From positions 3,522,302-3,585,638 of the forward strand of contig BFEA01000004.1 of assembly GCA_003427395.1 (NCBI GenBank): a stretch of DNA of 63,337 nucleotides. The letters run 5' to 3'. A model generated the notes under the pieces. That model saw nothing but the letters and a program-made list of their open reading frames with translations. It was not told the DNA's origin and ran no database searches. Positions 36,911-50,161 of the stretch are shown piece by piece. Source of the stretch: Chara braunii (lineage: Eukaryota > Plantae > Charophyceae). A program made the translations under genes and the position numbers. Position 1 is the first letter of the stretch; each line of letters begins with the position of its first letter.

Positions 36911-38881
36911 CATGGGTTAGTGTGACTAATGTTGTGTGGATGTGTTTGAAGATGATGGGCTATGGTTGTGATGACGTCTTCGTTATTGGAAGGAAGGATT
37001 GGGAGAAGATGGTGGTGGAGGGAGGGAGGGGAGGGGGGCTGGAGGTGGAGTTGGGAAGCCGGAGGGACGGACGGGGAATGGGTGGGCGCCCTCATCGTCG
37101 TGGTGTAAGTAGTGAGTGGGTTGGAGATGCGCTGCGTTTTCGTTGTTGTTGTGCTCATTCATTATCCCGAGCGCCAATGGATGTCGAATCCGCGCCGGGG
37201 CTGATGTGCAGTGGTGGGTGTGCCAACAGTGTGTTCATCGTGGCAGACTGTCAGGCAAACTACCCGCTCACTCTGCCCGCAGAACAGCTCTGCGGCCATG
37301 GGCGGGGGGCGGGCGCACCACTGGGGGAAAACGGCGGAGGAAGTTGATGATAGGATGCCATAGTGCTCGCGCGAAAGAAGAGGAAAGAGAAAGTGGATGA
37401 TTGCGTTACCCCCCGATCACCACGGGGGGAAAACCGGCGGAGAAAGTAGATGATAGGTGTGAATAGTAACGTGAGCAGGAGGGAAGACCGACCACAGCGT
37501 GGCAGGCAGAACGGCTATGGAAGGGCACTTGCGCCTGGGCGGGGGTCGTCTGATTGGTAAATTGATAGATTGGTTGATGTGCGCGATTAACTAGGTTAGG
37601 GAGTAGTATTTGCTGATGGCGTAAAAGAGGAGAAAGGGTACGCGAATGCTCGTGCGCTTTTCGATAGAGAGACATCATAGGCTTGAACTGCTGTCGTACG
37701 ACGGGAGGGAGACGTGGCCGGAGCAGTGAAAGAACAGGAAGGAAAGAGAATTCAAGGCCGTTGTGAGCTGTTGTGAGAGCACCCACTTCGACGAAGATGA
37801 GATGACGTAATTGCGGCAAAGAATAACTGGGGAGGGGTGATTTCTGCTTCTTACAGAACGCTGTATCAGCCGTCAAAATGGGCGATGATCAATGTTGCCG
37901 AGCAGCTGAGTGGGGGTGTGTATTATCATTATTGTTATTATTATGTTATTGAATTGAATTAGTATATTAGTTAATCTTCCATCGGTCAACCATAGCAGCC
38001 GGCAGCAGGTGGGGGCTTCCTACCTTGCAGTGGGGTGGGGGTGGGGGGGGCGTTTGACTCTGCGCCTGAGGACAAGGAAGGAGGAAATAACTTGTCAGTT
38101 TTATCTTCCCGCTGCTCTTTTTCTCATCTCAGTCCTCTTCTGTCTTTTTTATCCCTTTTTCTGCTCTCTTTACTCTTCGTCTCTTTTCTCCTCTCCTCAC
38201 GTTTCTCTCTCGTCTTGTCTCCGCTTGTGTGTCCTTTCTGTCGATGTTCCCCCAATTTTCAGCTTTCGAGCGGTGGAGGTAGTTTCTTGTTCCTATTCTG
38301 TGTAAGCCACAGACCGCCTTTTGGTCGGTGGATGGGACAGAGTGTTTGCTTCTGTGGAACTAAGGAGATTGCACATATTTGCCTATATATATCGTATATG
38401 ATGATGATGTATATATGTGTAAAAAACATATATATCTATGGTTTACCGGGCAGTTCTGTTTGACGATATATATACATGTATATATTAAATATATTTGTGA
38501 CATTATATACATGTATATATAAAATATATATTTATTAAATATATTATGACAATATATACTTGTATATCTTAAATATATTATGCCTGCGCACACGGGTTGG
38601 CAGTTAATCACGTCAGCTGGGCGTTTCGTCTCATCACTAAATGGCCTCTGACCGGCTGGCGCTCAGGTTTGCAGGAGGAACGGGGGGGGGGAGAAGTGGT
38701 CGATGGGAGGGGCGCAAGGGGAGGAGGAGCACAAGTAGAGAAGGCGAAAGTCTGAATTTCCGATTTTTTATTCTTCTTTGTTTGATTTTTTTAAGTTCCC
38801 CCGGAACCTGCAGCCTCCGTGGCAACTGCTCTTCCCGCGCGGAAATCCTCTCCTATCTATTGTAGGATGCCCTCCCACTCT

Positions 38882-38923
<42 letters not shown>

Positions 38924-38963
38924 TGAGAAAGATTGAGAACAGATCACGACCGCCTAAACGACA

Positions 38964-39755
38964 NNNNNNNNNNNNNNNNNNNNNNNNNNNNNNNNNNNNN
39001 NNNNNNNNNNNNNNNNNNNNNNNNNNNNNNNNNNNNNNNNNNNNNNNNNNNNNNNNNNNNNNNNNNNNNNNNNNNNNNNNNNNNNNNNNNNNNNNNNNNN
39101 NNNNNNNNNNNNNNNNNNNNNNNNNNNNNNNNNNNNNNNNNNNNNNNNNNNNNNNNNNNNNNNNNNNNNNNNNNNNNNNNNNNNNNNNNNNNNNNNNNNN
39201 NNNNNNNNNNNNNNNNNNNNNNNNNNNNNNNNNNNNNNNNNNNNNNNNNNNNNNNNNNNNNNNNNNNNNNNNNNNNNNNNNNNNNNNNNNNNNNNNNNNN
39301 NNNNNNNNNNNNNNNNNNNNNNNNNNNNNNNNNNNNNNNNNNNNNNNNNNNNNNNNNNNNNNNNNNNNNNNNNNNNNNNNNNNNNNNNNNNNNNNNNNNN
39401 NNNNNNNNNNNNNNNNNNNNNNNNNNNNNNNNNNNNNNNNNNNNNNNNNNNNNNNNNNNNNNNNNNNNNNNNNNNNNNNNNNNNNNNNNNNNNNNNNNNN
39501 NNNNNNNNNNNNNNNNNNNNNNNNNNNNNNNNNNNNNNNNNNNNNNNNNNNNNNNNNNNNNNNNNNNNNNNNNNNNNNNNNNNNNNNNNNNNNNNNNNNN
39601 NNNNNNNNNNNNNNNNNNNNNNNNNNNNNNNNNNNNNNNNNNNNNNNNNNNNNNNNNNNNNNNNNNNNNNNNNNNNNNNNNNNNNNNNNNNNNNNNNNNN
39701 NNNNNNNNNNNNNNNNNNNNNNNNNNNNNNNNNNNNNNNNNNNNNNNNNNNNNNN
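38964..39755. other. Assembly gap
   Basis: Run of N. Confidence 1.
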
Positions 39756-40856
39756 AAAAATCCATTGTACGGCTTGGATCATCCATCGATCGTTTGCTTG
39801 TGTTGACGTCTCATCAGTTGTCACGCACTCCTATTTTCCCCTCTCTGTTCCTATGATGCCCTTTCACTGAATTTCGCTTTGTTTATGTATTCCTACGCCC
39901 TCCCTACACCTCCCTTCTTCCCTGTTGATTGTCTGCTCCGTCTCTTTTTCCCTTCAGCTGTCCTCTGCTCCCGCTGCTCGCTGTCCTCTCTTCCATTGTT
40001 TTGGAGGATCGGTCTCTTGCTCCTCCCTTTGCTGTATACATCTACCCTCGCACTCTTCAGGCATCTCTTCAGCAGATATACTTCTTCAATTCTCTCTACC
40101 CACAGCTCTCTCCGCGTCCCCTTTCCCCTCTCCCCCCCCCCCAAAGGGCCCTCTTTTCCACGGAGGACTAGGAACTGGAATGCTCCTCCTCCTCTACTTG
40201 TCTATCTTTCCCTCGGTAGCTTATTGGTTCGCGGCCTGGGGTTCTGTTCTTTCACTTCTACCCGCCTTCGCCCGAATAGAACGCCTGGTCATGATTGCTG
40301 CATTTCGACCAAGTTGCGGTTCAGATACAGTGATATAATGACCGGGCGTTCTACTCGGTGAAGGCGGGTATTCGCTCATCGCCGAGTAACAGAACACAAT
40401 GTATCCCAGCGACCTTTGGGTTTCCTCGTTTTCTTAATATGTGCAGAGATGTGGCCGACATACAAGGCTGTGGTTGTTTTTGTTGGGGGTGGGGAGTGGG
40501 GGGGGGGGGGGGGGGGGGGGGGGAAGCGGCGCGGCCTGGATCCTGGCGGGAGGAGATTGCTCGGTGAAATTCGTCATGCCGAAGATGCGAGACGGACTGG
40601 CAAACACGTATTATAGCTGCGATGGCATGGATGGAAACTGATCGTGCGGTGGAGATCAAATGATGGGATGGATTTGGTGTGGGGTTGATCGTCTCCCAGC
40701 TGGCGGATTGGTAGGAGCGCCAGGTGAAGGCAGGCGGCAGTTCTACTGCTCCGACACGTGTAAGAACCCCAGAGCCACCAATTTCGGTATAAAAACGCCG
40801 AAATTGCGGCAAGGAACGTCAAAGTTAAATGCCCAAAGGGGGGTAGTGCGAATTAA

Positions 40857-41079
40857 CCCCTTTGGGCATTTAAAAATTTGACGTCCAGTGTCTCAATTTC
40901 GGCGTTTTTTTAACCGAAATCGTCAGGACTTGCCGTCAGGACATTTAAATTGGACATTTAAATTTGACGTCCCGCCCGCAATTTCGGCGGTTCCCGCCAG
41001 TAGGACCTCACGATTTCGTGTCAATTAAAAAAACGATGAAATTGCGGCCAGGTAGGTCGAAGTTAAATGCCCGAAGGAG
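40857..41079. mobile_element. piggyBac-like MITE, preceded by the right end of another copy (40781-40841)
   Basis: TTAA|CCCCTTTGGGCATTTAA ... TTAAATGCCCGAAGGAG|TAAG. The upstream copy ends TTAAATGCCCAAAGGGG. Confidence 0.55.
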
Positions 41080-42119
41080 TAAGTGGGTTGGGCCGTCGGT
41101 CAGATCATCGATGGCGAAAGATATAGACGCTCACGTGATTTTTCGGGATTTCACACCCATCATTTAGCATCTCAATTGATGGGTGAACAAGGTGTGCCTC
41201 TCACAGAGAGGAAAAGTGGGGGAGAAGCTAGGGGGAAGCCCTCTGTCAAACGACCCCTCGTTTGGCAGTGTCGACTCCCCCTGGTCCTGTCTGAATTTGA
41301 ATGCTTGGAAGCATATACAAGCAAACAAATGGGCCAACAAGAGGCGCTGGCTGCGAAGAGGGGGGGAGGGGGTGGTTGAGTGGGCCCTTGGGTGATTGGT
41401 AATGAGAAACGACTGAGGTAAGAGTAATCTATCCCCCCTCCTCTCCCCCTCCCCTCATCTCTCCTCGCTCTATCTTTGCTGCCGCGTTCTATCCCCGCTC
41501 TTCCTCTCGCTCCTCTCATCCGTCCCTCGCTCTATCTATGCTAGCGCATTCTGTCCCGCCTCTTCTCCCCCTCTCACCTCATCTCTCCCTCGCTCTATCT
41601 TTGCTGCCGCATTGCTGCCTTCTACCGCATGCAGACAGAACTGCACTGTGCATTCCAGATCCGGTCTCCTCTCTGCCGTACGATGTAGCATCAAGGGTTT
41701 GCCTTTTCAAGACTAATAAAGGCCCCTCGTCGCACCACTCTGACCAAATGTGAAAACGTCTGCAACAAAATGACGACTGCATCTTTCCACCTTCTTATTG
41801 AAGATGCATGCACTCGCCATTTAAAAACATTAGCAGAGTAGTCCACACGAGGCTCGACGGGTCGAGGAGGAGGAGGTAGGTTCCCTTCCTGCTTGGCTAC
41901 CGGTAGCGGTATTCTTATCACCTTTCCTCCTCCCTCTCATCTCGCCCGCTCCTCGTTTCACGCCCTTTCCTCCTAACGCGTCTTCATTCTTTCTTTACCT
42001 TGTTCTCTCTTGCCGCATCTCTTCTCTCTCTCGGTTCTCTGATCCTTCCTTGTTATTTCGGTTCTTGCAACAAGATGTCAAGATCTGCTTTCCACTTTTT
42101 GTTGTTTTCTACTTTGTAA

Positions 42120-42400
42120 AGAAAAAAGAGAAGTGAAGCCCCTAACATTGTTGTACGGCGGCTGCAAACGGGATTCGATCTCCTGATCGGCTCGCTAACA
42201 GTCACATGTGTGTACCATTCAGCTACACGGGCTGGATTCTTTCCCTTTTTATTTTCCCTTTTTATTTTTGGTTTTCAAAAGAAAGAAGGGAAGGCCCTAA
42301 CCTTATTGTGTTGCTGCTGGAAACGTGATACCAACGCACGATCGGCGCACTAAAAGTCACATATGTGTAGCGTTCAGCTGCATGGGCTGGGTCTTTCTCT
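42120..42400 (-). pseudogene. Two tandem tRNA-derived (Asn-like) units, each with a short tail and a T-rich end
   Basis: Minus 42232-42160 reads GCCCGTGTAGCTGAATGGTAC..GACTGTTAG..GAGATCGAATCCCG (A box, GTT loop, B box). A diverged copy lies at about 42313-42390. Confidence 0.5.
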
Positions 42401-43117
42401 TTCTTAATTCCCCCACTCCTACTTCCTGATCGGCTTTCTGTTGCCTCCTGCTGCATCTCTCTCCTCCTTTCCACCAATCACCGCCTTTGTCGCTGTCCTG
42501 CTCTCATCGATTTCATATCTTAGGCCTGTCTCATTCCCGGGCGGAGTCGTGAGATTCTCGTATTTTCAACTCCCTCTCCCCTGTTTATCACCCCTTCTCC
42601 TCCTCGATATCAGCAGCCCTTCACTGACCTTCTTTCTTACGAGGTTGATGATTCCCCAGAGGTCCTTTTCCCGCCGCCGCCCCCACCCTCGCCTCCCCTT
42701 CCCTGCGGCTCAGGCGCGGCTTCGACAGACTATTTTGCGTGACCGTGTTGTGGTCAGCCTTAAGAGGTTTATCAGAAATATGGAAGAAGATGGGTTTAAT
42801 GCTCGTTTATGGAAGTCGCTCGGAATGGTGAGAGTTTGTCTCGCGGCGGGCGGGGAGGAGGGCGCGGGGGGAAGGGAGCGACCGGGGGACGGGGGGGGGG
42901 GGAGGGGGGCGCGCCGCATGGGAATTCATGATAATCATGTATTCGTTTGCCTACGTGGTCACGCAATATTCTTGATCTCCTCCTGTGGGTCATTTTTCGA
43001 ACGGGAATCCAGCGCCTGATCAGGGGGAGGTGCTTGTGTAGAGCTACTTCGGCTGGGCTCCCATCTCTTCTCCCGACAGAACGCGACCTCGTTGGGACTG
43101 TATCGTATCGCAAAGAT

Positions 43118-43207
43118 AGCTTCTCAGCTTCTGTACGTTCGTGATCCAGGTGGTGCGTTGTGAGCTTCTCAGCTTCTGTACGTTCGTGATCCAGGTGGTG
43201 CGTTGTG
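43118..43207. repeat. Perfect 45-bp tandem duplication
   Basis: agcttctcagcttctgtacgttcgtgatccaggtggtgcgttgtg occurs twice. Confidence 0.95.
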
Positions 43208-43560
43208 CCCAGGCGAAGGCATCAGTGGGAAACGCTTCGAGGGTCGAAGCATTAGATGGCTATTCGTTGTTCATGGAACGCGCGTGAGTGGGCGAGAGAG
43301 ACTTGAGTGGTGCGCCCAGGGTGCACCATCAAACGTTTTGATACTGTGTACTATGTGGAATGTTCACAGAGGTAGCATCTGCGCGCGTACGGAAAGACGT
43401 GTATAGAAATATATGAATAGGCATATACACACGTGTATACTCGAATTTCAATGCATCCAATTGTATAGGAATATTGTCAATGTTTAAGTTTGGTCTGAAG
43501 ACAAATGTATAGAATGTACATGGATAAGCAGCCGGACTGGAGCCCCCCAGAATAGATGGG

Positions 43561-43597
<37 letters not shown>

Positions 43598-43719
43598 AAA
43601 AAGAAAAAGAAAAAAAGAAAATGTATGTGAACGTCATAGGAAGTCTATTTGAAACACACATGTATAGAATCGTCTTGTATATTATTTTCAGGTAGAACGC
43701 GAGGTGCGCGCGCGTGCTC

Positions 43720-43792
<73 letters not shown>

Positions 43793-46049
43793 CGGGGGCG
43801 GAGGGGTTTGGGGTGGTGGTAAGGGACACAGAGCCTTGGGGAAGACGAGTGAGGGTACGTGTTTGGTCGAAAGGCAGATGGCAGTCCTGTCCGAGGCGGC
43901 GAGGCGGTGTTGGTGTCGCACGATATTCAACGGACGGAGATAGGGGCGGGGAAAATTGGTAGATGTGCAGTCGTAAGGCATGCTGTGCGGTGTCCGGAAG
44001 CGGGTTTATTCCCGCTTGGTTTTCTCCCTTAACTCTACTGTTTGCCTTGTGATCTGTCCTTGTCTTTTCTTCGTTTTATTCTCCTTTCGTCGCTCTGCGC
44101 TCTCAATCTCCTTTCTTTCTCTCCGTCTTTTCAGGCCTTCATCTTCTCGTCTCCGTACCTATTTGTTTTTTTTGCTGTCTGTCTGTCTCTCTCTCTGTTT
44201 TGCCTTCCTCTTTTCTCTCATAGCTGCCTTTCAATTTTCTCTTGCTTGAGCCCTTCAGGCCCAGGCCCGTGTCTCCCTCTGCAATTCTCCTCGTCTACTC
44301 TCCTTCCCTACCGCTCTCCGCCTGTTCTCTTTCAACTTATGTGAGTCACACCGGCTAGCAGGAGTGCCTGATGCCAGAGGCTGACACGTAGTCCTACCTT
44401 ATATCGGTATGCTGAGCAGCGGGCGTAGTGATCGCTGAGTTGCCCTTGGCGATGGATGATACCAATGGATCGTAATAACACCATGTGTCAATCAACTGTG
44501 GCCGTGTGTCTAAAATAATGCTACCCTCCCATTGAAAGTCTTGCTGTCAATTGTTGGGTACGCGGAGTAGAAGAGGGAAATGTGCTGCGAGGGTGGTGGC
44601 CCATAAGGTCGATTTTTTTGGCCATTCAATTAGAGAGCAGTAAGACCCGACGAGCGAAGGGCAAAATGCAAAATGCGTGTGTGGAGGCAATTCTGCGGTG
44701 ATATTGGGTGAAGGGAATGTGGGACGTCTACTTTATAGTCCCATGAACACAAGTCCCCCTTGTTGTCATGGCTCTAATTGGCCAGGATAGAGCCTGTATA
44801 GAGATTCATGATGAGAGGGAGTTACGTTGGGGGGAGTACGGGCTACGGGCGAGGTCCAACTAGCAAAAAGGACTGGATAAAGTGGCTGAATTTGGATGTG
44901 TTTTATGCAGAGATGCAGAAAAGCAGATTGATAGCTATTCTCGGCACCTCACCACAAACACATTCACATTCAGGCGTTAAATCCAATTCTCTTTGGTAAT
45001 GAGACGTCGCTGTAAGGTAGCCAGTATTTGTGAGATCCAAACAACGGATCAACCACCCAAGAGACGGACGGGCAGAGTGCTAGGTGCAAAAACAGACAAA
45101 AGACGTATTGACAGACAGACAGAAGACGGATTGACAGACAAAAGACGAACAAACGGATTGATAGCGATGTAGGTGGATGAAGTTGGACAGCAACAGACTG
45201 ACATGCATAGACAAGCAGGCATACAGACAGACACGGACAAGTACAGACACATAGATTAATAGATTAATAGATAAATAGATAGATAAATTGATAGATAGAT
45301 AAATTGATAGATAGATAAATCGATATAAAGATGAGATGAATTCAGAGCTTAACATTTGGTATCATTGGTAAGCATGTCTGGTTATAACATAGGAAGATGT
45401 GAGGGGTACTCCATTCTTGTCCTTTCCCAGACCGGATGAGGAGGAATTAGATGGGCGAAAAGGCTTTAGGGCTGGCTCCACCACTCACCACATGCACAAA
45501 AGCCAAAAATTATGGCAGTGTGTCTTCCCATGTTCTAGCGGAAAGATTCGTTCTCATTTGGCACGTTCGGTGAGTGGTGGAGTGAGAGACCCTTAAGAGG
45601 GTGGGGAATTGTGAATGCAAGGGAGGAATGCTTCGTGTCATTCATTTCACCGGAACACGTGGGCATTTTGGTGTATCTACCGCGAGAACCGTCCTCTGTA
45701 AGGTCGTAATTCCTTTTCGTCCTACGTGACAGGTAGGTGGTAGTTTGATCTGAATCCCCGCACATGCTTTCTCTTATAGTCTGTGTACTACCTTAGGCAT
45801 CGTGAATGTACTGGAGGCAGATTTCTGGTGAGATGCAGTCTTAAACCAGCACTACCTTTCCCAGGCTCATTGTTGAAACACCAAAATGTACTTGGGAGGC
45901 TGGGTGCTACTGGACCAAAATGGCTGGTGGTGCCAGCCAAAAGGGAAAAAAAGCAGGGCCGGCACTTCTGCAAAGCTTGCTTGGTGTGCAGTTCTTTTCC
46001 GCCTCGGCAAAAGTAGGCTCGGAGGTAGTGTTGGTTTAATGCCCATTTG

Positions 46050-46312
46050 TCTTATCTGAGGGGGAGACAGCCAGGGTGAAAAGCAAATCCCCATGCACGT
46101 CTTGTTCGGGGCCCAGGGGTGAAAAGCAAATGCCCATGGGTCTTTTTTTGGGGGGGGAGGATGAGGAAAAGCCGCCAATTCATCTTATCTGAGGGGGAGA
46201 CAGCCAGCGTGAAAAACAAATCCCCATGCACATCTTGTTCGGGGCCCAGGGGTGAAAAGCAAATGCCTATGGGTCTTTTTTTTTTTTTTAGGGCGGGGGA
46301 GGAAGAAAAGCC
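46050..46312. repeat. ~133-bp tandem duplication
   Basis: tcttatctgagggggagacagccag starts at 46050 and 46183. Confidence 0.9.
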
Positions 46313-46992
46313 AATAGATCCAGGACGTCATGCAGGTTGTGTGGTGTGATTGTGACCCCACTGCACTGCAATGTTAGGCTCTGGCCATAGATATGAGAAT
46401 GTATCGTTGAATTTTGTGTTGGGCTTATGGTAGAAACACAGCAGAAGTGGCTTACGTGGTTAGATAATATGTATCATTATGTCACCGGTTCGTTGTGGGA
46501 GATCGGGTTGGCGATTGGCAGGCAGTACATGATCATTTGTGTCAAAAGGCTTTCGGTGTTGAGAGCAGGAAGGTGTCCTGCCCTTGCTGCATCTTTGAGT
46601 CTTGCTGCTGTGTTGTCCTTACTGACATACAGAAAAGGGTTTCATCTTTAAGAGATTGGGCAATCCTTTCTCAGAGAAGACGTCCCTTTCTGAGGGTGCG
46701 TGACGGCGCCCGCCGTGATGACGATTGTAACGTTCAATATGGTTTAGTACTGTACGAGAAAAGCAGGGAGACGGTAATCAGTATTCTAATCGCTTTCTTT
46801 TCTCTCTTTTTTTTAATCATAACCAACACGAGTCATTTAATCACATTAGGCTGTTGTGTGCTTTATTGCGCCTTTCTTATTTAAAAAAAAAACTTTGTTC
46901 CTGCAGGTGTCTTTGGGCGTTCCTCAAGAGAGTGTTAAACTGCTTCTGAGGTCAGCGTCGCACACAGTGCGGTGCTGTTGAAGGCTTGCGAA

Positions 46993-47070
46993 ATGCCACC
47001 TGCATCCACGACAGGACGAATGACAGACGTCTTCACAAAAAATGCCCCCGGCGATAGGGACATCGAACAG
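46993..47070 (+). CDS. PRAF: PRAF/RLD-family (PH, RCC1, FYVE, BRX) protein, coding exon 1
   Basis: MPPASTTGRMTDVFTKNAPGDRDIEQ followed by donor GTAATT at 47071. The RDIEQ|AI junction is typical of the plant PRAF N-terminus. Upstream acceptor ctgcAG at 46906; alternative ATG at 47020. Confidence 0.8.
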
Positions 47071-48040
47071 GTAATTCCTTACCTCGGCACACTCATCATT
47101 GGGCCTTTTAGTTTTCTCGTTGGAAAAGGGAGAGAAATGTGGAGAGAAGAGATCGGTGGTTTGCCAGGGGGAGGAAAGGAAATCAATGAATCAATGAGGC
47201 AATCAATCAACAGTCAACGAAACCATGTCAATCAACCAAATTATAATCAAATAAATTATTTTACTTAGTATTTGTGGAGCATTGTGGACTCGGTACGGAA
47301 TTAAATCAATGACCAGCAATGAAGGAAGACCAGCCCTTCATATTGGGCGGTTAAGTACATCTGCATTTGAGCAATCAATTGCTCTAGCTATTCCATGACA
47401 GCCAATCAATTGTTTAAAGCATCCATTCATCAACCCAAGCAGCAACCAGCCAGTTGGCCAGGGCTCATGATAGACTTACGAACCTTGGGCTGGGCAATCA
47501 TCAATCAGTGAATAGGCTGAGTTCGTTGATAGATGACCGTGGCCGGACCTTGATTGATGAACATACGCATGCTCCTGTGCAGTGTAGGTGTTGTTCATTC
47601 ATCCGATGGGGAGATGTTGCTTCTGTGGAACAACCAGTGAGTGAGTCGTTTGATGAACCAGTTAGCAAATACACTAGATGAAGCGCGCAGATGCCTAGCT
47701 ATTGCTTTTCTGCCAGGCTTTTGCTTTTCTGCCAGGCTTGTGTCCGTGAATTGAGAATTTGCCTCTTAATAGAAGCCTTGGTACCCCATCCTGTAAGCAG
47801 GGCGCGTTTGCTTGAGGTCGGAGCATCAGACCCTTGTACGTCTACCATAGTCCACCTTGTTTGTCTGTCATGGGGCCTTCTGCATCGTCCAGCATGCTCC
47901 TTGGTTCTCTGTGAACCTAATTTTACTCAATGTGGCAACGCCTGCGACCGAACTTCACCCTTTGTTAGCGCAAGGGCTATTCTCTTGATGAAGAGCTCGA
48001 TGAAGAGCTCAATCTGGTGGGACTGAGAGGGGAGGAGGCC

Positions 48041-48199
48041 GGCTTAGTGAGGGCTACTTTCTCCATGAAGGGAAAGGTATGATTAGACAGGATTGTTCTG
48101 TTGAGGAGATGGTACTATAGGCTTAGTGAGGGCTACTTTCTCCATGAAGGGAAGGTGTGATTAGACAGGACTATTTTGTCGAGGAGATGGTACTATAGG
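48041..48199. repeat. 79-bp tandem duplication
   Basis: ggcttagtgagggctactttctccatgaaggg...gaggagatggtactatag occurs twice. Confidence 0.9.
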
Positions 48200-48579
48200 T
48201 TCCTGAATAAATCATGAATGTCGTGATTTATGGTCATAGGACAGGAGTATATCCAATACGTTCCTGGATGAATAATGTCGAAGGCGGGCTTATGAGTCGG
48301 GTGTGATTGAATGTTCACAATATATTTTATAATTGTTTTTGAAAATTAGAATGCTCTCCATGCCTCTTTCGTGCAATAGCCGTTTGCACGGAAGACTTGT
48401 TAAGTGGAGGAAACCTTGTCGGTACAGGCAAAGCAAACAAATGCCTGGGCTTGGCGGTTTTGGGGTCCTTTTCAAATGCTGCCATTTGTGTTGGCGAGAC
48501 TGTGGCTGATGAGGCTGTCTCTTTCTGATATACAGACATCCCCTGTAAGAAAAAGGCCTTAAGAACACGGTAGAAGTCA

Positions 48580-48679
48580 GCTCCTTCGGGACATCTGTTA
48601 AAATTAGAACGGTACAGAGAATATTAGCATGGCCCCTGCACAAGCATGACACACACAAACCTAGTCATCGTCCAAAAAA
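48580..48679 (+). ncRNA. U6: Full-length diverged U6 snRNA copy (probable pseudogene)
   Basis: ccttcgggacatc..taaaatt.gaacg.tACAGAGAa.attAGCatggcccctgc.caag.atgacac..a.aaa...gtccaaa. ACAGAGA box at 48614-48620. No terminal oligo-T. Confidence 0.9.
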
Positions 48680-49069
48680 TGCCGAAAGAATTAGGCAGCT
48701 CCAGATCGTAAGTGCGGATGTTTCATGGCAATCAGAACGTTTCCTGGCAATCTCTTAGTTCCAGAGTCTAGAGGCAATGTTTGGGACATGACATAGTAGT
48801 ATGTGCTTGCTGCTTCACTAGGCTCATCGAGTGCTCACTCTGCCGTCCCCTTTCTACATGCATAATTTCGCGTGTCGTCGGTGCTATATACTCAAGGGGT
48901 GTGTTATGTGTATAACTTTATAGTAAGAACAAGTGGACGTGGCTGCGGCAGAGAAGCCAGAGAGGGAGAAGAAGGAAAGGGCACGAAGGATGGAAAGAGA
49001 GGGAGGAGAAAAGAGGCATTGACATGTGGGAACAGTTACACGCATACACAAATAAGCAAAATAAAAAGA

Positions 49070-49850
49070 ACTCCCCGTTCCTCCTCCCCTCCTTCTCCCT
49101 CTCCTCTTCCCGTGCCATAGCCCCGCTCCCGTTCCTTCCCGGCTCCTTCTCCCACTCCCCCTCCCGCTCTTTCTCCCGCTCCTCACAACACTCCTCCTCC
49201 TCCCGCTCCTCCTCCGCCAAACAACGTGACAAAGATCCTGCCATAGCCCCGCTCCCGCTCCTTCTCCCGCTCCTCCCCTCCTGCTGCTCCTCCCGCTCCT
49301 CCTGCTGCTTCTCCTGCTCTTTCCCCCGTTCTCCTCCCGCTCCTTCTGCTCCTCCTCCTCCCACTTCTTCTGCTCCTCCTCCCGCTCCTTCTGCTCCTCC
49401 TCCCGCTCCTTCTCCCGCTCCTCGTCGCGCTCCTCCGACTTCCACTCCTCCACCTATACCTCCTCCCTCTCCTCCACCTCCCACACGTTCGTTAACCCCC
49501 TCCCCGTTTCCCCTCCCACTCCTCCCACTCCTCCCACTCCTCCCACTCCTCCCGCTCCTTCTACCGCTCCTCCTCCCGTGCCTCCTCCGTCCCTTCCCAT
49601 TTCCCCTCGTGCTCCTTCTCCCGCTCCTAACCCCCTCCCCGTCGTTTCCCCTGTCACTCTTCCTCCTGCTCCTCCTCCCGCTCCTCCTCCCGTGCCTGCT
49701 CGGCCCCCTCCCGCTCCTTCTCCCACTCCTCCTCCCCCCCCCCTCCTCCCACTCCTCCTTTTCCCACTCCTTTTCCCACCGCTCCTCTCGCTCTTTCCGC
49801 TCGACCTCCCGCTCCTCCTCAGGCAAACAATGTGACAAAGATCCCGCCAT
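49070..49850. repeat. C/T-rich low-complexity minisatellite (ctcccgctcct-type)
   Basis: Directly visible; it explains the Pro-rich and Glu/Arg-rich ORFs here. Confidence 0.85.
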
Positions 49851-49893
49851 AACCATCTCCTATGAAAAAAAAAGGCCCGCCACGTGGCTAGCT

Positions 49894-49955
<62 letters not shown>

Positions 49956-50129
49956 GTTTTCCATCGATAGGATGAGCAACACTCCGGCCAAAAGGTAAGT
50001 CTCCAACCCTGCAGCTGGCCTCATGCTACTTCCATCGATAGGATGAGCAAAATTGAATGAATCTCCCGCTAGAACATGGAAATATACACTATGTCACTTG
50101 TGTGTGTGTGTGTGTGTGTGTGTGCTCTG

Positions 50130-50161
<32 letters not shown>

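Noticed and set aside
34371-38460. Protein-coding gene among the many overlapping GC-rich ORFs
   Set aside because: No recognisable domain or consistent splice structure; interspersed with (GAG)n, (GAA)n and (GT)n.
38853-39870. Long ORFs of 280-326 aa
   Set aside because: Artefacts of the N gap.
48884-49935. 300-aa extensin-like or Arg/Glu-rich ORFs
   Set aside because: A low-complexity intronic minisatellite open in several frames on both strands.
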